A DNA stretch of 17,200 nucleotides from Octopus sinensis. Taxonomy: Eukaryota. Made by a program: the position numbers and the translations under genes. The stretch lies in assembly GCF_006345805.1 (NCBI RefSeq), contig NW_021824612.1, positions 1 through 17,200 of the forward strand. Direction: 5' to 3'. Numbering within the stretch: position 1 is the stretch's first letter; each line of letters opens with the position of its first letter. Of the stretch, positions 8,066-17,200 are shown piece after piece. The notes beneath the pieces were generated by a model, which was not told where the DNA came from, did not search any database, and worked only from the letters and a program-made list of their open reading frames with translations.

Positions 8066-11000
8066 GGCCATAAACACATTGAATAGTGTCGGACTGAGCA
8101 CAGAGCCCTGAGGGACCCCGCGAAGGACTGTTGCGACTTTAGAAAAGACCCCCTGATGCCGCACGACCTGCCTGCGAGATTCAAGAAACCCCGACAGCCA
8201 GCGCCTTAGACACGGAGAAACCCCACACGTGGCAAGGGAACTCCGGAGGCCGTCGTGCCACACCGAGTCAAAGGCCTTTTCAATGTCGAGACTAACTAAA
8301 ATACCGCATTCCCTTTTCTGGAGGGGGCGTTCTTCATACCAGACGACACCTTGTGAAGGCAGTCCCCGCATGAGCGGCCCTCCCTGAAGCCCCATTGGAA
8401 CTCAGGGAGGGCGTCTGCAACCATCAGCTCCTCCAGGAGCCTTTGGTGCATAATTCTTTCTAGGATTTTAGATATTGCGGGGAGCAAGGAAATGGGCCTA
8501 TATCCCCCGGGGACATCATGTGGCTTCCCGGGCTTTCCGATAAGGATTACCTCAGCCACTTTCCACCTGGGGGGAATCATCCCAAGTCGCAAGCTCCCGT
8601 TAAATAAAACCTTTAGTGCAGTGATTAACCGCGGCGGGGCCTTCTTAAAGATGGCCATCGGGATCCGATCCAAACCGCCGCGGGTGTTCTTACTTCGGGA
8701 GATTGCTGCCAGAATCTCCGCTTCAGTAATTTCGCCTGCATCGTTCTTGATATGCCCAGCTGGCAGCGCTTGTCCCACGACAATATCTGCTGGACAGTAT
8801 CAAAGGACGATGTCTCTACGAACTGACCTCCGTCAGTTCCCGAGATGCCATTGAGATGGGCTGAAAGTATTTCAACCACCTCAACCGGGTCCGAAGCGAG
8901 GTTTCCATCAGAGCGTTTAAGGCGCACTGACTTAGCCCCCCTTCTCCCCGACAGGCTCTTCAACTGCTTCCAGAAGTCCGGAAAGCGAGGGTCCACCCTT
9001 CGGCAGGCCCTCTCCCACCGCGAACTTCGAGTTCGCGGATTTCTCTTCGGATCTCCCTCTGAAGCCGGCTAATCCAGCCACGAAACCAAACACGGTTCTC
9101 CTCGTAACGCATTTGTCCCGTAGTCTGGATAGCCGGCGCTTGAACCTAATTTTATTTAAGATCCGGTGAGGGAGCGTGGAATGTGACTGACCCTGCACTG
9201 AGTTCTGTTTGAAATTATCTCGCATGTAATCAGTCAGGCAGCATTGATTCCATTATCAAGCGCCTCCAACTCACGTATGTTGGCGCAGGTATTCCCACCA
9301 GAAGTGAGGGCAACCTGCTGGCCATGAAACTCTCCAGGTTAGCCCAGGAACCCACCCGGAGGTCAAAGTATCCTGGGACCCTTTGAGGAACTGGCTCACG
9401 GAGTTCGTGCAATAGAGGCAGATGGTCGCTCCCAATATCGGACAATAAAATAGTTTTACTAACCCAATTTAGAAGACCGGGACTGACCAGAGCAAGCCCT
9501 AGCCAGTCACGTCCTCCCCTCGCGTCGACGTGGTTTGGCTCGCTCGAAGTCCGGATTTCCAGCCCGAGGTCTTCAACCAGCGTCTTCAGAGCCAAACCAT
9601 GCGAGTTGGTTACCCTGAAACCAAGATCTGATGCTTGGCATTCAGGTCCCCAACAACCATGGCCTTCGGATGCTTTTCAAAGAACTCCCGTACGTGCCAG
9701 GAGCACGCCGTAAAGTTCTTCGAGTACATCCCACCTAGGTAAAATGTTAACTCGCCTATGCGAATTCTCAATTGGAGGAATTCACACAAGCTACATGAAC
9801 ATATACCTGGACTCTGCAAGGCAAGGTAGGGCTTGTAGAAGAGGCTAGTTCCTGTGCCACATATTGACCCCTGTTTCCAGGGTATGTGACGACAGTTGTA
9901 GCCATCGACTACGTACGGACCCCCCTTTACCTCGTTTCGTTGACCACCAGAATGTCCGCACTCGTGGTGGCCAACATCCTCTGAACGGCGTCCCTTTTTC
10001 CTTCCAAGGAAGCGCGTTCACGATATGATGTGTTGAGCATCATATCGGTTCTTCGCCAAGGATCTTCTTGGCCTCGGCAACGTTGCAGTGTAGCATTTCC
10101 TCTACACTGCAATTCATCTCCCTACAAAATTTTAATAGGGAAACGCATAATTGCACCGCAGGACTAATACTGTCCTGCGGTACACGCTCGCCAGGGGCTG
10201 AGTGCAATGGCATCTCCACGTATGGAGGACGCCTTTTCAGCCCCAGGTTGTGCCGGACGGCGCCGCCGTTAGCCGCCTCAGAAGGCATTGCCGGCTTAGG
10301 CAACCAAGCGGACTCGGAAGCTTTCACCTGCTTTGCCAACTTTGTCGGCGAAGGCTGCACCGACCCACACGTAGCATGGCTCACAGGTTCCACTGTCTTC
10401 GCCACCCAAACGGATTTGGAAGGTTTGGCCAGTATCGCCTGCTTGCCAGGTTTTGGCGCAGGGCGCGCGACGCGACGCGGGCGACTTACTGTTGGGATTA
10501 CATCCCCACCTACCTTTCGGGTTGCCTCCTTGAACTTGGGGCAACCTCTGAAGTTGGCAGTGGTGTCCCAACTTACCACAGTTGACACACTGCCTCTCCT
10601 TGGATGGTGAGGGGCACGTCTTGCGACCATGCTCCCCACCGCAAATAAGGCACTTCGCCTTATCCGGGCACTTGTGGAGATGTGCCCGAACCCCTGACAC
10701 CGAAAGCATTGGGTGGCTTTCGGGCGGGGCCAGGCAGCTCTCATCCTAATGTAGCCGATCCTAGTACCCAGAAGTACTAGGCGCTCGGCTTCGCAGGAGA
10801 TCCCAGGATGACCTCCACCACTTCAAGAGGGCGGTTACCCTGCTTGAAGCGTGCAAGGGCAGAGGCACTGGGGTACTCCCGCTGTATGTGTCCTAAAAGG
10901 TCATTATCCTCGAAGTCCCGGGGACCCCGAGGAGCAGGACTCTTACCTGCCTTACCTTTTGTTCAATCCTGACAAGACGATGCATGCCAGGACCGAACGG

Positions 11001-11527
11001 GCTGGACTTCTCCAGCTCTCCTTTAAAGCTGAAGAAGTCCTCTCCTTCTCCCACCCAAGCAGGATTGGGTGGGCTCCCTCTTCAGGACTCTATACAGCTT
11101 TGAAGGCTGGATAGAGTCTAACGTACCTAAGATCTTTATGACCGAGGCCTTCCCACTTGTAGGGAGGACCTCAAGTCGTGCCACAGCACCGAAGGTAATT
11201 CTGCCCCGGGCGCCAGTGGTCTTCTTTGGGTGTGCATCCACCTGATCGGACACACACCCAGTACCTAAAACATTAGGGGGGGTTGGACGGCCAGCCGCAC
11301 GTTTGGGTTTCCCCACCGTGTACCAACCGTCCTCAAGGGCAACCTTATTTCCTGCCGTACCCACCGGGACGGCCTCAGGAGACGACACCCTGTTGGCATT
11401 AATTGACTTACCTAGGCTGGGTTTGGCACCACTAGACAAACCGCAAACACGTGGCGAACCAGCATGCTGTGCGGTTGTCGTGGCTACCAAACAATTAGTA
11501 CCTGTTGCAGCTGCTGCTCCCCCGACA
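8066..11527 (-). mobile_element. Family A copy 2, truncated at both ends (equivalent to 578-4034 of copy 1): partial ORF1 11527-10040, ORF2 10043-8066 ending before YADD
   Basis: Near-identical reverse complement of copy 1, with a cluster of substitutions at ~11290-11420. Confidence 0.95.
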
Positions 11528-11590
11528 AAAAATTTAAAAATTGTCTCAGAATTATCCAAACAATAAATCATTTTTTATTTAAAATACAAA

Positions 11591-12002
11591 TTATGTTTTT
11601 TCACCTCGAATTCTTCTCGATAAATGCATATCGTTTGGCATTATAGTTACTCTTTTTCCGTGAATTGCGCACAAATTACTATCTTCAAAAATTCCAACTA
11701 GGTAACTCTCTGCCGCTTCTTGGAGAGCGACAATCGCTGACGATTGAAAACGCAAATCAGTTTTGATAAACTGAGCGGTTTCTCTCACGAGTCTCTGGAA
11801 TGGAAGTTTTCGTAGTAACAAATCAGTGCTCTTTTGATATCGTCTAATTTCTCGCTTGCTGCAACAACTCCAGGTCGAAATCGATGAGGTTTCTTTACCC
11901 CTCCAAATTGTGAAACAGACTTGCGAGCAGATTTTGCAGACAAATGTTTCCTTGGAACTTTTGCTCCAGTAGATTTTCGAGCAGTTGTTTAGTTCTAGCC
12001 AT
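11591..12002 (-). CDS. H3: Histone H3, divergent (apparent indels near the 5' end)
   Basis: MARTK...[38 protein letters not shown]...[39 protein letters not shown]...RRIRGEKT*. Confidence 0.95.
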
Positions 12003-12063
12003 ATTTTTTTTATTTCAGACAGAACAAGTTTCAGGCTAGTTATTTTTGTTTTATATAGTTAAA

Positions 12064-12119
12064 CAAAATTATTCCGAATTTTTCGAGTGATGCAAAAAAG
12101 TATCATTCCGAAAATTTTT
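12064..12119 (-). promoter_or_regulatory. Histone upstream motif (AAAATTTTCGGAATGATACTTTTTTGCAT) plus degenerate second copy, ahead of the H3 TATA
   Basis: The same motif pair recurs upstream of H4 and H2B. Confidence 0.7.
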
Positions 12120-12280
12120 GGTTAAATCACTCATCATTTTTAAAATTACAAAAATTATATTTTTTAAAATAATATTTTATCAGCACCATCAAATAATTGT
12201 AACTATTGCTTAAATTGATGAATTTTTCGAGATTACAGACTAAATTACTAGTGAACTAATTAAGAAAAAACAGAGAACGA

Positions 12281-12470
12281 TCAGATCCGGTCAAAAGAAT
12301 AGCTTGGTGTTGCCGCGCATGATTGTACCAGAGATCCTCTGTCTTAGCCAAGAAGATTCGCTTGCATCCATGTTTCTCCGAGCGATAAGGAGGCAGACGT
12401 GTTTTAAGAACTTGGATGTTTGCGGGACAAAGCTGCGGAGATCTGAATGCCAAAGGGACCAATTACTAGT
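12281..12470 (-). mobile_element. 3' remnant of a restriction-like-endonuclease (CRE/R2-type) non-LTR element, duplicate copy
   Basis: ...FVPQTSKFLKHVCLLIARRNMDASESSWLRQRISGTIMRGN resembles the REL C-terminal 'L.QRLS..I.RGN' motif. Confidence 0.55.
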
Positions 12471-12531
12471 TGCATTTGGATTGTTGAAATAGTTATTTAA
12501 AGAAATAAATAAAACAATTATTTTTAAAGTG

Positions 12532-12859
12532 TTATTTTGTATTCGTGTACTTAGTAACTGCCTTTGCACCCTCTGTAAAGGCATGTTTTGCCAATTCACC
12601 GGGAAGAATCCGACGAACTGCAGTCTGTATTTCACGTGAGGTAATGGTAGCCTTCGAATTCTGATAGACTAGATTTGATTTTGCCTCGGTTTTATTTTGT
12701 CATAAACATCAAATGTGAAAATGTCCATAGCCACATAGCCTTCTTTGACATCCCAAGTTGATATGTACTGTCTTTAAATTTTCATAAGATATATGGAAAA
12801 AGTTTTCCTTTTCTTTTTTTTGTTTGTTGCAACAGAAACATTTTTGTTTTTTATAGGAG
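12532..12859 (-). pseudogene. H2B: Histone H2B, lacking the first ~12-13 codons, with multiple indels
   Basis: Reverse-complement match to 15242-15570; the 5' end is replaced by Tc1-like sequence. Confidence 0.9.
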
Positions 12860-13131
12860 TCGGCAATAGACGCAAAGAGCTTTTTTCAAGTAAAATATCG
12901 AATTACTACTATGGCCAACACAAAGCCCAGATTTAAACCTTAGAGAATGTTTGGCCTTTATTAAAGAAAAAATCAAAGGAAGAGAATTTTTGAAAAAGGA
13001 ACATTTATTTGCAAAAAAATATCATCCATTTGGAATTAACTCAAAATAGATACGCAAAAAGTCTTATTAATAGCATGCCAGGCCGAATACTAGATGTAAT
13101 TAGAGCTAATGGAGGACATAATAGATATTAA
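12860..13131 (+). mobile_element. Tc1/mariner-superfamily transposase C-terminal remnant
   Basis: IELLLWPTQSPDLN..ENVW and KSLINSMPGRILDVIRANGGHNRY* match Tc1 WPxQSPDLNPIENxW and SMPxR...GGxTKY. Candidate right ends are ...ccgTA (13183) or cactgTA (13320-13326). Confidence 0.85.
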
Positions 13132-13546
13132 ATAAATTTGTTCATTTTTTGGGTTCTGAATTATGAATGAATGGAAAACCGTATTATAAATATAATTTTT
13201 TAGACAAACTAAAAAATAAAGCAAAACTTTATTTAATTTTATAAATCAATAGATGTTATTTTTTAAATATTGTTTCATAGTAAATCATGAGAAAATGCTT
13301 TTTCAGTTTTTATTTTGTTCACTGTATATATTTACTATTTTTTGGGATAATTAGCCTAAGTAAATAAATTATATTGGACTAAAAAAATATTTCGCCAATG
13401 ATAAAATAACACAGTATTGCGATATTTTATCTATAATTACTTCTAAATGTTTATTCGTTTTGTGTTTGAAATTTTTTGAATTCGTTAAAAAAACTTAACT
13501 GGTTGATCTATTGTATTCGAAAACAATATTACAAAATAACAGTGCA

Positions 13547-13920
13547 TTATTCAAATAATAATTTAAAGTTAGAAGTTGGTTTAGGAGTTTCTGCAGTTTT
13601 GCGAATCATAAATCCACCAGATGAAAAATAGCTTTCTGAGTTTATTCTTTAATTCGTCGTCATTTCCAATTGCAACGACAATGTGACGTGGTTTAATTCT
13701 TCTTTTTCCACATTTTACTGCTGTATTTCCAGCAAGTTCAAGCATTTCAGCCACAGCTATTCCAATACTGCGCACATATATACTGCGGAAGGATTCCTAC
13801 TCGCATTCGGGTTCATGACGGAGACACCGGTGAATGCGTACACTGGAAACTGTAACCCGGCCCGAACGGATTTGCTTTTAGCCTTTGACCGTACTTTCCT
13901 CCTTTTCCTCTTGAAGACAT
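13547..13920 (-). CDS. H2A: Histone H2A, strongly divergent, several indels; 3' end approximate
   Basis: MSSRGKGGK..KAKSKSVRAGLQFPV.RIHR...AVYMCAVLE..AEMLELAGNTA...KRRIKPRHIVVAIGNDDELK...GG. Confidence 0.85.
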
Positions 13921-13979
13921 TATACTCTGCTAACTATTTTTATTTACATAATAAAAAAAATGGCATCGAAATTTAGTTG

Positions 13980-14047
13980 AAAAATTTTTCGGAATGGTCC
14001 TTTTTTGCATTAGTCGAAAAAATTTGGCAATGATACTTTTTTTGCAT
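13980..14047 (+). promoter_or_regulatory. Tandem histone upstream motifs in the divergent H2A/H4 promoter
   Basis: aaaatttttcggaatggtccttttttgcat followed by aaaaatttggcaatgatactttttttgcat. Confidence 0.7.
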
Positions 14048-14084
14048 AGGTTGAAAATAGTGTTTATTTAGAGAATTTTTCCTA

Positions 14085-14393
14085 ATGTCTGGACGTGGTA
14101 AAGGTGGCAAAGGAGGAAAGAGTGGTGGCAAAACGATTTCGAAAGATATTAATGACAATATACAAGGAATTACTAAGCCAGCAATAAGAAGACTATGTCG
14201 AAGAGGGGGGTGTTCGAAGAATTTCTGGAAAAATTTACGAGGAGACACGTTCTGTCCTTAAGATTTTTATTGAGCAAACTGTTCGTGATTGTATTTCTTA
14301 TACTGAACATGCCAAAAGAAAAACTGTTATCGCAATGGACGTTGTTAATGCCTTGAAACGTCAGGTAGGACAATTTACGGATTTGGTGGATAA
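14085..14393 (+). CDS. H4: Histone H4, divergent (compensating indels in G runs)
   Basis: [11 protein letters not shown]...[38 protein letters not shown]...[30 protein letters not shown]. Confidence 0.95.
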
Positions 14394-14622
14394 ATTATAC
14401 ATAATTTTTTTAATAAAATACATTGATATTCCTTACAAATTAACCAGATAAAAATTAGCAATTTCATAAATATACTAACTAGCTACCAAACGACGGTGAA
14501 ATTACTACGATTGCTTTTTTAATTGGTAAGAAATCTTGTGAAATAACAAAAAACAAAAAGTATATTTATACAGTAAATTAGAGTTATATCGTTTGAAAAA
14601 TTTATTTTTTTCTAATAGTTTA

Positions 14623-14670
14623 TTTTTTTGCATCTGTTTATAATTATGTTTATTTAGAGAATTATTGCGA
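14623..14670 (+). repeat. Diverged duplicate of the H4 proximal promoter/5'UTR (~14037-14084)
   Basis: ttttttgcat...tgtttatttagagaatt-N7-ATG in both places. Confidence 0.7.
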
Positions 14671-14913
14671 ATGGACCCCAGAGCTCCGGCCAATCGGGCA
14701 ATGGACGATTATTTCTCCGAACATGGAGACAAATATCGGGGAAGACCTAGATCCACTCTTCCGACAGTTCTTGAAAGGGATCTCAAACTTCATGGCAAAA
14801 GTTTCAAAAACTGGGACGACCTAGAATCTTTACGGGATCTCGCCCGCAACAGAAGGGCATGGACAAGGATGGTCCAGAAGATTGTTTCGCTTGTGACACG
14901 TGTGGGATTATAA
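14665..14913 (+). mobile_element. 5'-truncated RTE-like non-LTR retrotransposon C-terminus (80-aa ORF from ATG 14671)
   Basis: LRMDPRAPA...RGRPRSTL...ERDLK...LARNRRAW resembles the RTE-clade C-terminal (GHxLRM...RGRP...DL...A.DR..W) region. Confidence 0.7.
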
Positions 14914-15097
14914 CTTTGTTTATGTTCCTACGGAATGTGTTATAATAACTAAAAACATCAAAATTGATATTAATTCGGATTTATTTAAAATTGATTTGAC
15001 GTATTAATTCATTCTTTTTCTTTTTGAGCCATTCCTTAGCTCTTTAACTGCAATCTCTTGTCGACCATCACCAATCTGATTTCAATCGTCAACTTCA

Positions 15098-15160
15098 AAA
15101 ATTTTGGAATTATACTTTTTTTGAATTACTCAACAAAATTTCGGAATGATACTTTTTTAT
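15098..15160 (+). promoter_or_regulatory. Tandem histone upstream motifs before H2B
   Basis: aaaattttggaattatactttttttg and aaaatttcggaatgatactttttt, followed by TATA-like tattata. Confidence 0.7.
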
Positions 15161-15204
15161 TATATGAGATTTTTTCCCTTCAGAACTTGCAAATTTTGTG
15201 GATA

Positions 15205-15570
15205 ATGGCACCTAAAGTTAGCACAAAGGGACAAAAAAGAGCTCCTATAAAAAGCAAAAATGTTTCTGTTGCTACAAAGAAAAAAAAGAAAAGGAAAACT
15301 TTTTCCATATATCTTATGAAAATTTTAAAGACAGTACATAATCAACTTGGGATGTCAAAGAAGGCTATGATGGCTATGGACAGTTTCACATTTGATGTTT
15401 ATGACAAAATAAAAACCGAGGCATCAAATCTAGTCTATCAGAATTCGAAGGCTACCATTACCTCACGTGAAATACAGACTGCAGTTCGTCTGATTCTTCC
15501 CGGTGAATTGGCAAAACATGCTATTACAGAGGGTGCAAAGGCAGTTACTAAGTACACGAATACAAAATAA
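15205..15570 (+). CDS. H2B: Histone H2B, intact, 121 aa
   Basis: MAPK...[40 protein letters not shown]...[35 protein letters not shown]. Confidence 0.97.
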   Translation: MAPKVSTKGQKRAPIKSKNVSVATKKKKKRKTFSIYLMKILKTVHNQLGMSKKAMMAMDSFTFDVYDKIKTEASNLVYQNSKATITSREIQTAVRLILPGELAKHAITEGAKAVTKYTNTK

Positions 15571-15635
15571 CACTTTAAAAATAATTGTTTTATTTATTTG
15601 TTCTTTAAATAACTATTTCAACAATCCAAATGCAA

Positions 15636-15827
15636 CTAGTAATTGTCCCTTTGGCATTCGAGATCTCCGCAGCCTTTGTCCCGCAAACATCCAAGTTCTT
15701 AAAACACGTCTGCCTCCTTATCGCTCGGAGAAACATGGATGCAAGCGAATCTTCTTGGCTAAGACAGAGGATCTCTGGTACAATCATGCACGGCAACACG
15801 CAAGCTATTCTTTTGACCGGGATCTGA
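15636..15827 (+). mobile_element. 3' remnant of a REL-endonuclease (CRE/R2-type) non-LTR element in the H2B downstream spacer
   Basis: GC-richer island translating IVPLAFEISAAFVPQTSKFLK...WLRQRISGTIMHGNTQAIL. Confidence 0.55.
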
Positions 15828-16170
15828 TCGTTCTCTGTTTTTTCTTTAATTAGTTCACTAGTAATTTAGTCTGTAATCTCGAAAAATTCATCAATTTAAG
15901 CAATAGTTACAATTATTTGATGGTGCTGATAAAATATTATTTTAAAAATATTTAATTTTTTAATTTTAAAAATGATGAGTGATTTAACCAAAAAATTTTC
16001 GGAATGATACTTTTTCGAAAAAATTCGGATTATTATCAGCACTGCCGAGAACACATAAAAAACCAAAATCAATTTAGTTCCTTTGTGTCGCGCAGACTAC
16101 CCTTTGCACAAATCGTATTCAAAGCCCTTTCCGTTTCGTTTTAGCAAAGAATTTCTATTGCCATTCTCGA

Positions 16171-16933
16171 TTGAAGGCTGGATTGAGTCCAAGGTACCTA
16201 GGATCTTTACGACCGAGGCCTTCCCACTTGTAGGGGACCTCAAGTCGTGCCACAGCACCAAAGGTAATTCTACCCCCGGCGCCAGTGGTCTTCTTTGGGT
16301 GTGCATCCACCTGAGCGGACGCACACCAGTACCTAAAACATTAGGGGTTGGACGGCAGCAACACGTTTCGGCTTCCCCCCACCGTGTGCCACACCGTCCT
16401 CGGGGGGAACCTTATTTCCTGCCGGACCCACCGGAGCGGGCCCAGGAGACGACACCCTGTTAGCATTAAATGACTTAAGTTGGCTGGGTTTTGGCACCAC
16501 TAGACAAACCGCAAACACGTGGCGAACCAGCATGCTGTGCGTTGTCGTGGCTACCAAACAATTAGTACCTGTTGCAGCTGCTGCTCCCCCGACAACCAGC
16601 CATAGGGGGAGCAGAGGAAGAAGTGTCTCCAGTGAGTGCTGAACCCACCTGGAGGGTCCAGGCTTCGACCTCCTGCTTGACCTAAAGAATTAAAAACACC
16701 ACTAGAATAGCCGGAAGCACGTGGAGGTGAACCACGGCTCCGGCAGTCATCGTAGTGGCACACTGAACCGTCTTGTCCTCCGGGGAGTGCGAAGCGGGAA
16801 CGCCTCCACTTCTGCATAGTCTTCTTAGTGCAGACAGCTTGCGAGCAGATTTTGCAGACATTGTTTTCCTTGGAACTTTGCTCCAGTAGATTTTCGAGCA
16901 GTTTGTTTAGTTCTAGCCATATTTTTTTTATTT
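16171..16933 (-). mobile_element. Family A copy 3: 5' portion only, again starting with H3 5'UTR + H3 tail + H4 peptide (ATG at 16920)
   Basis: Reverse-complement match to ~236-998, with its own substitutions. Confidence 0.95.
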
Positions 16934-16934
16934 T

Positions 16935-17200
16935 GGGAGGGCCGCTCATGCGGGGACTGCCTTCACAAGGTGTCGTCTAGTATGAAGAGCGCCCTCCAAA
17001 AGGGGAATGGTATTTTAGTTAGTCTCGACATTGAAAAGGCCTTCGACTCGGTGTGGCACGACGGCCTCCGGAGTTCCCTTGCCACGTGCGGGGTTTCTCC
17101 GTGTCTAAGGCGCTGGCTGTCGGGGTTTCTTGAATCTCGCAGACAGGTCGTGCGGCATCAGGGGGTCTTTTCTAAAGTCGCAACAGTCCTTCGCGGGGTC
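16935..17200 (+). mobile_element. Family A RT fragment (matches from 3722), running off the window
   Basis: Matches the ...LDIEKAFDSVWHDGL... coding region with a few substitutions. Confidence 0.9.

Larger units (their letters stand above)
12068..12859 (-). repeat. Inverted duplicate of ~15242-16035 (H2B body + downstream spacer + H3 promoter motif)
   Basis: Direct reverse-complement match with scattered indels and a few substitutions. Confidence 0.9.

Noticed and set aside
6650-8395. 581-aa ORF as a single RT-H2B-Gag protein
   Set aside because: The RT part is a truncated A copy joined through a filler and H2B non-coding flank; the credible start is the H2B ATG at 7999.
1406-10610. Numerous antisense and alternate-frame ORFs over the elements
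   Set aside because: Shadows of GC-rich coding sequence with no motifs of their own.
15058-15204. N-terminal extension of H2B in the ORF track
   Set aside because: Non-ATG start running through promoter motifs; H2B begins MAPK at 15205.
16036-16170. Short unassigned segment continuing the copy 3 frame (IENGNRNSLLKR...)
   Set aside because: No recognisable homology and a stop after about 24 codons.
1-17200. CRISPR array, tRNA/rRNA genes, telomeric repeats
   Set aside because: No regularly spaced repeats, RNA-gene signatures or telomere-type tandem repeats were seen.

Overview
Eukaryotic, AT-rich locus in which a divergent core-histone cluster (H3, H2A, H4, one intact and one 5'-truncated H2B) is interleaved with visibly GC-richer non-LTR retrotransposons (ORF1 with three CCHC knuckles, ORF2 with APE endonuclease + RT). 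There are four pieces of family A and two related elements, B and C, plus small RTE-like, CRE/REL-like and Tc1-like remnants. The main signal is that every ORF1 with an intact 5' end starts in frame with host histone sequence: A = H3 5'UTR + H3 tail to K27 + an H4 helix-1 peptide; B = H2B/H3/H4 mosaic behind an H3-like core promoter; C = H2B 5' flank + 52 H2B codons. An RTE-like fragment also sits at the ATG position of a duplicated H4 leader. This suggests 'histone-headed' LINEs that capture histone promoters and tails and accumulate in histone loci. Caveats: many single-base indels look like long-read error, and the large inverted duplications could partly be amplification or assembly chimeras. 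Coordinates and alignments were read by eye and junctions are approximate.
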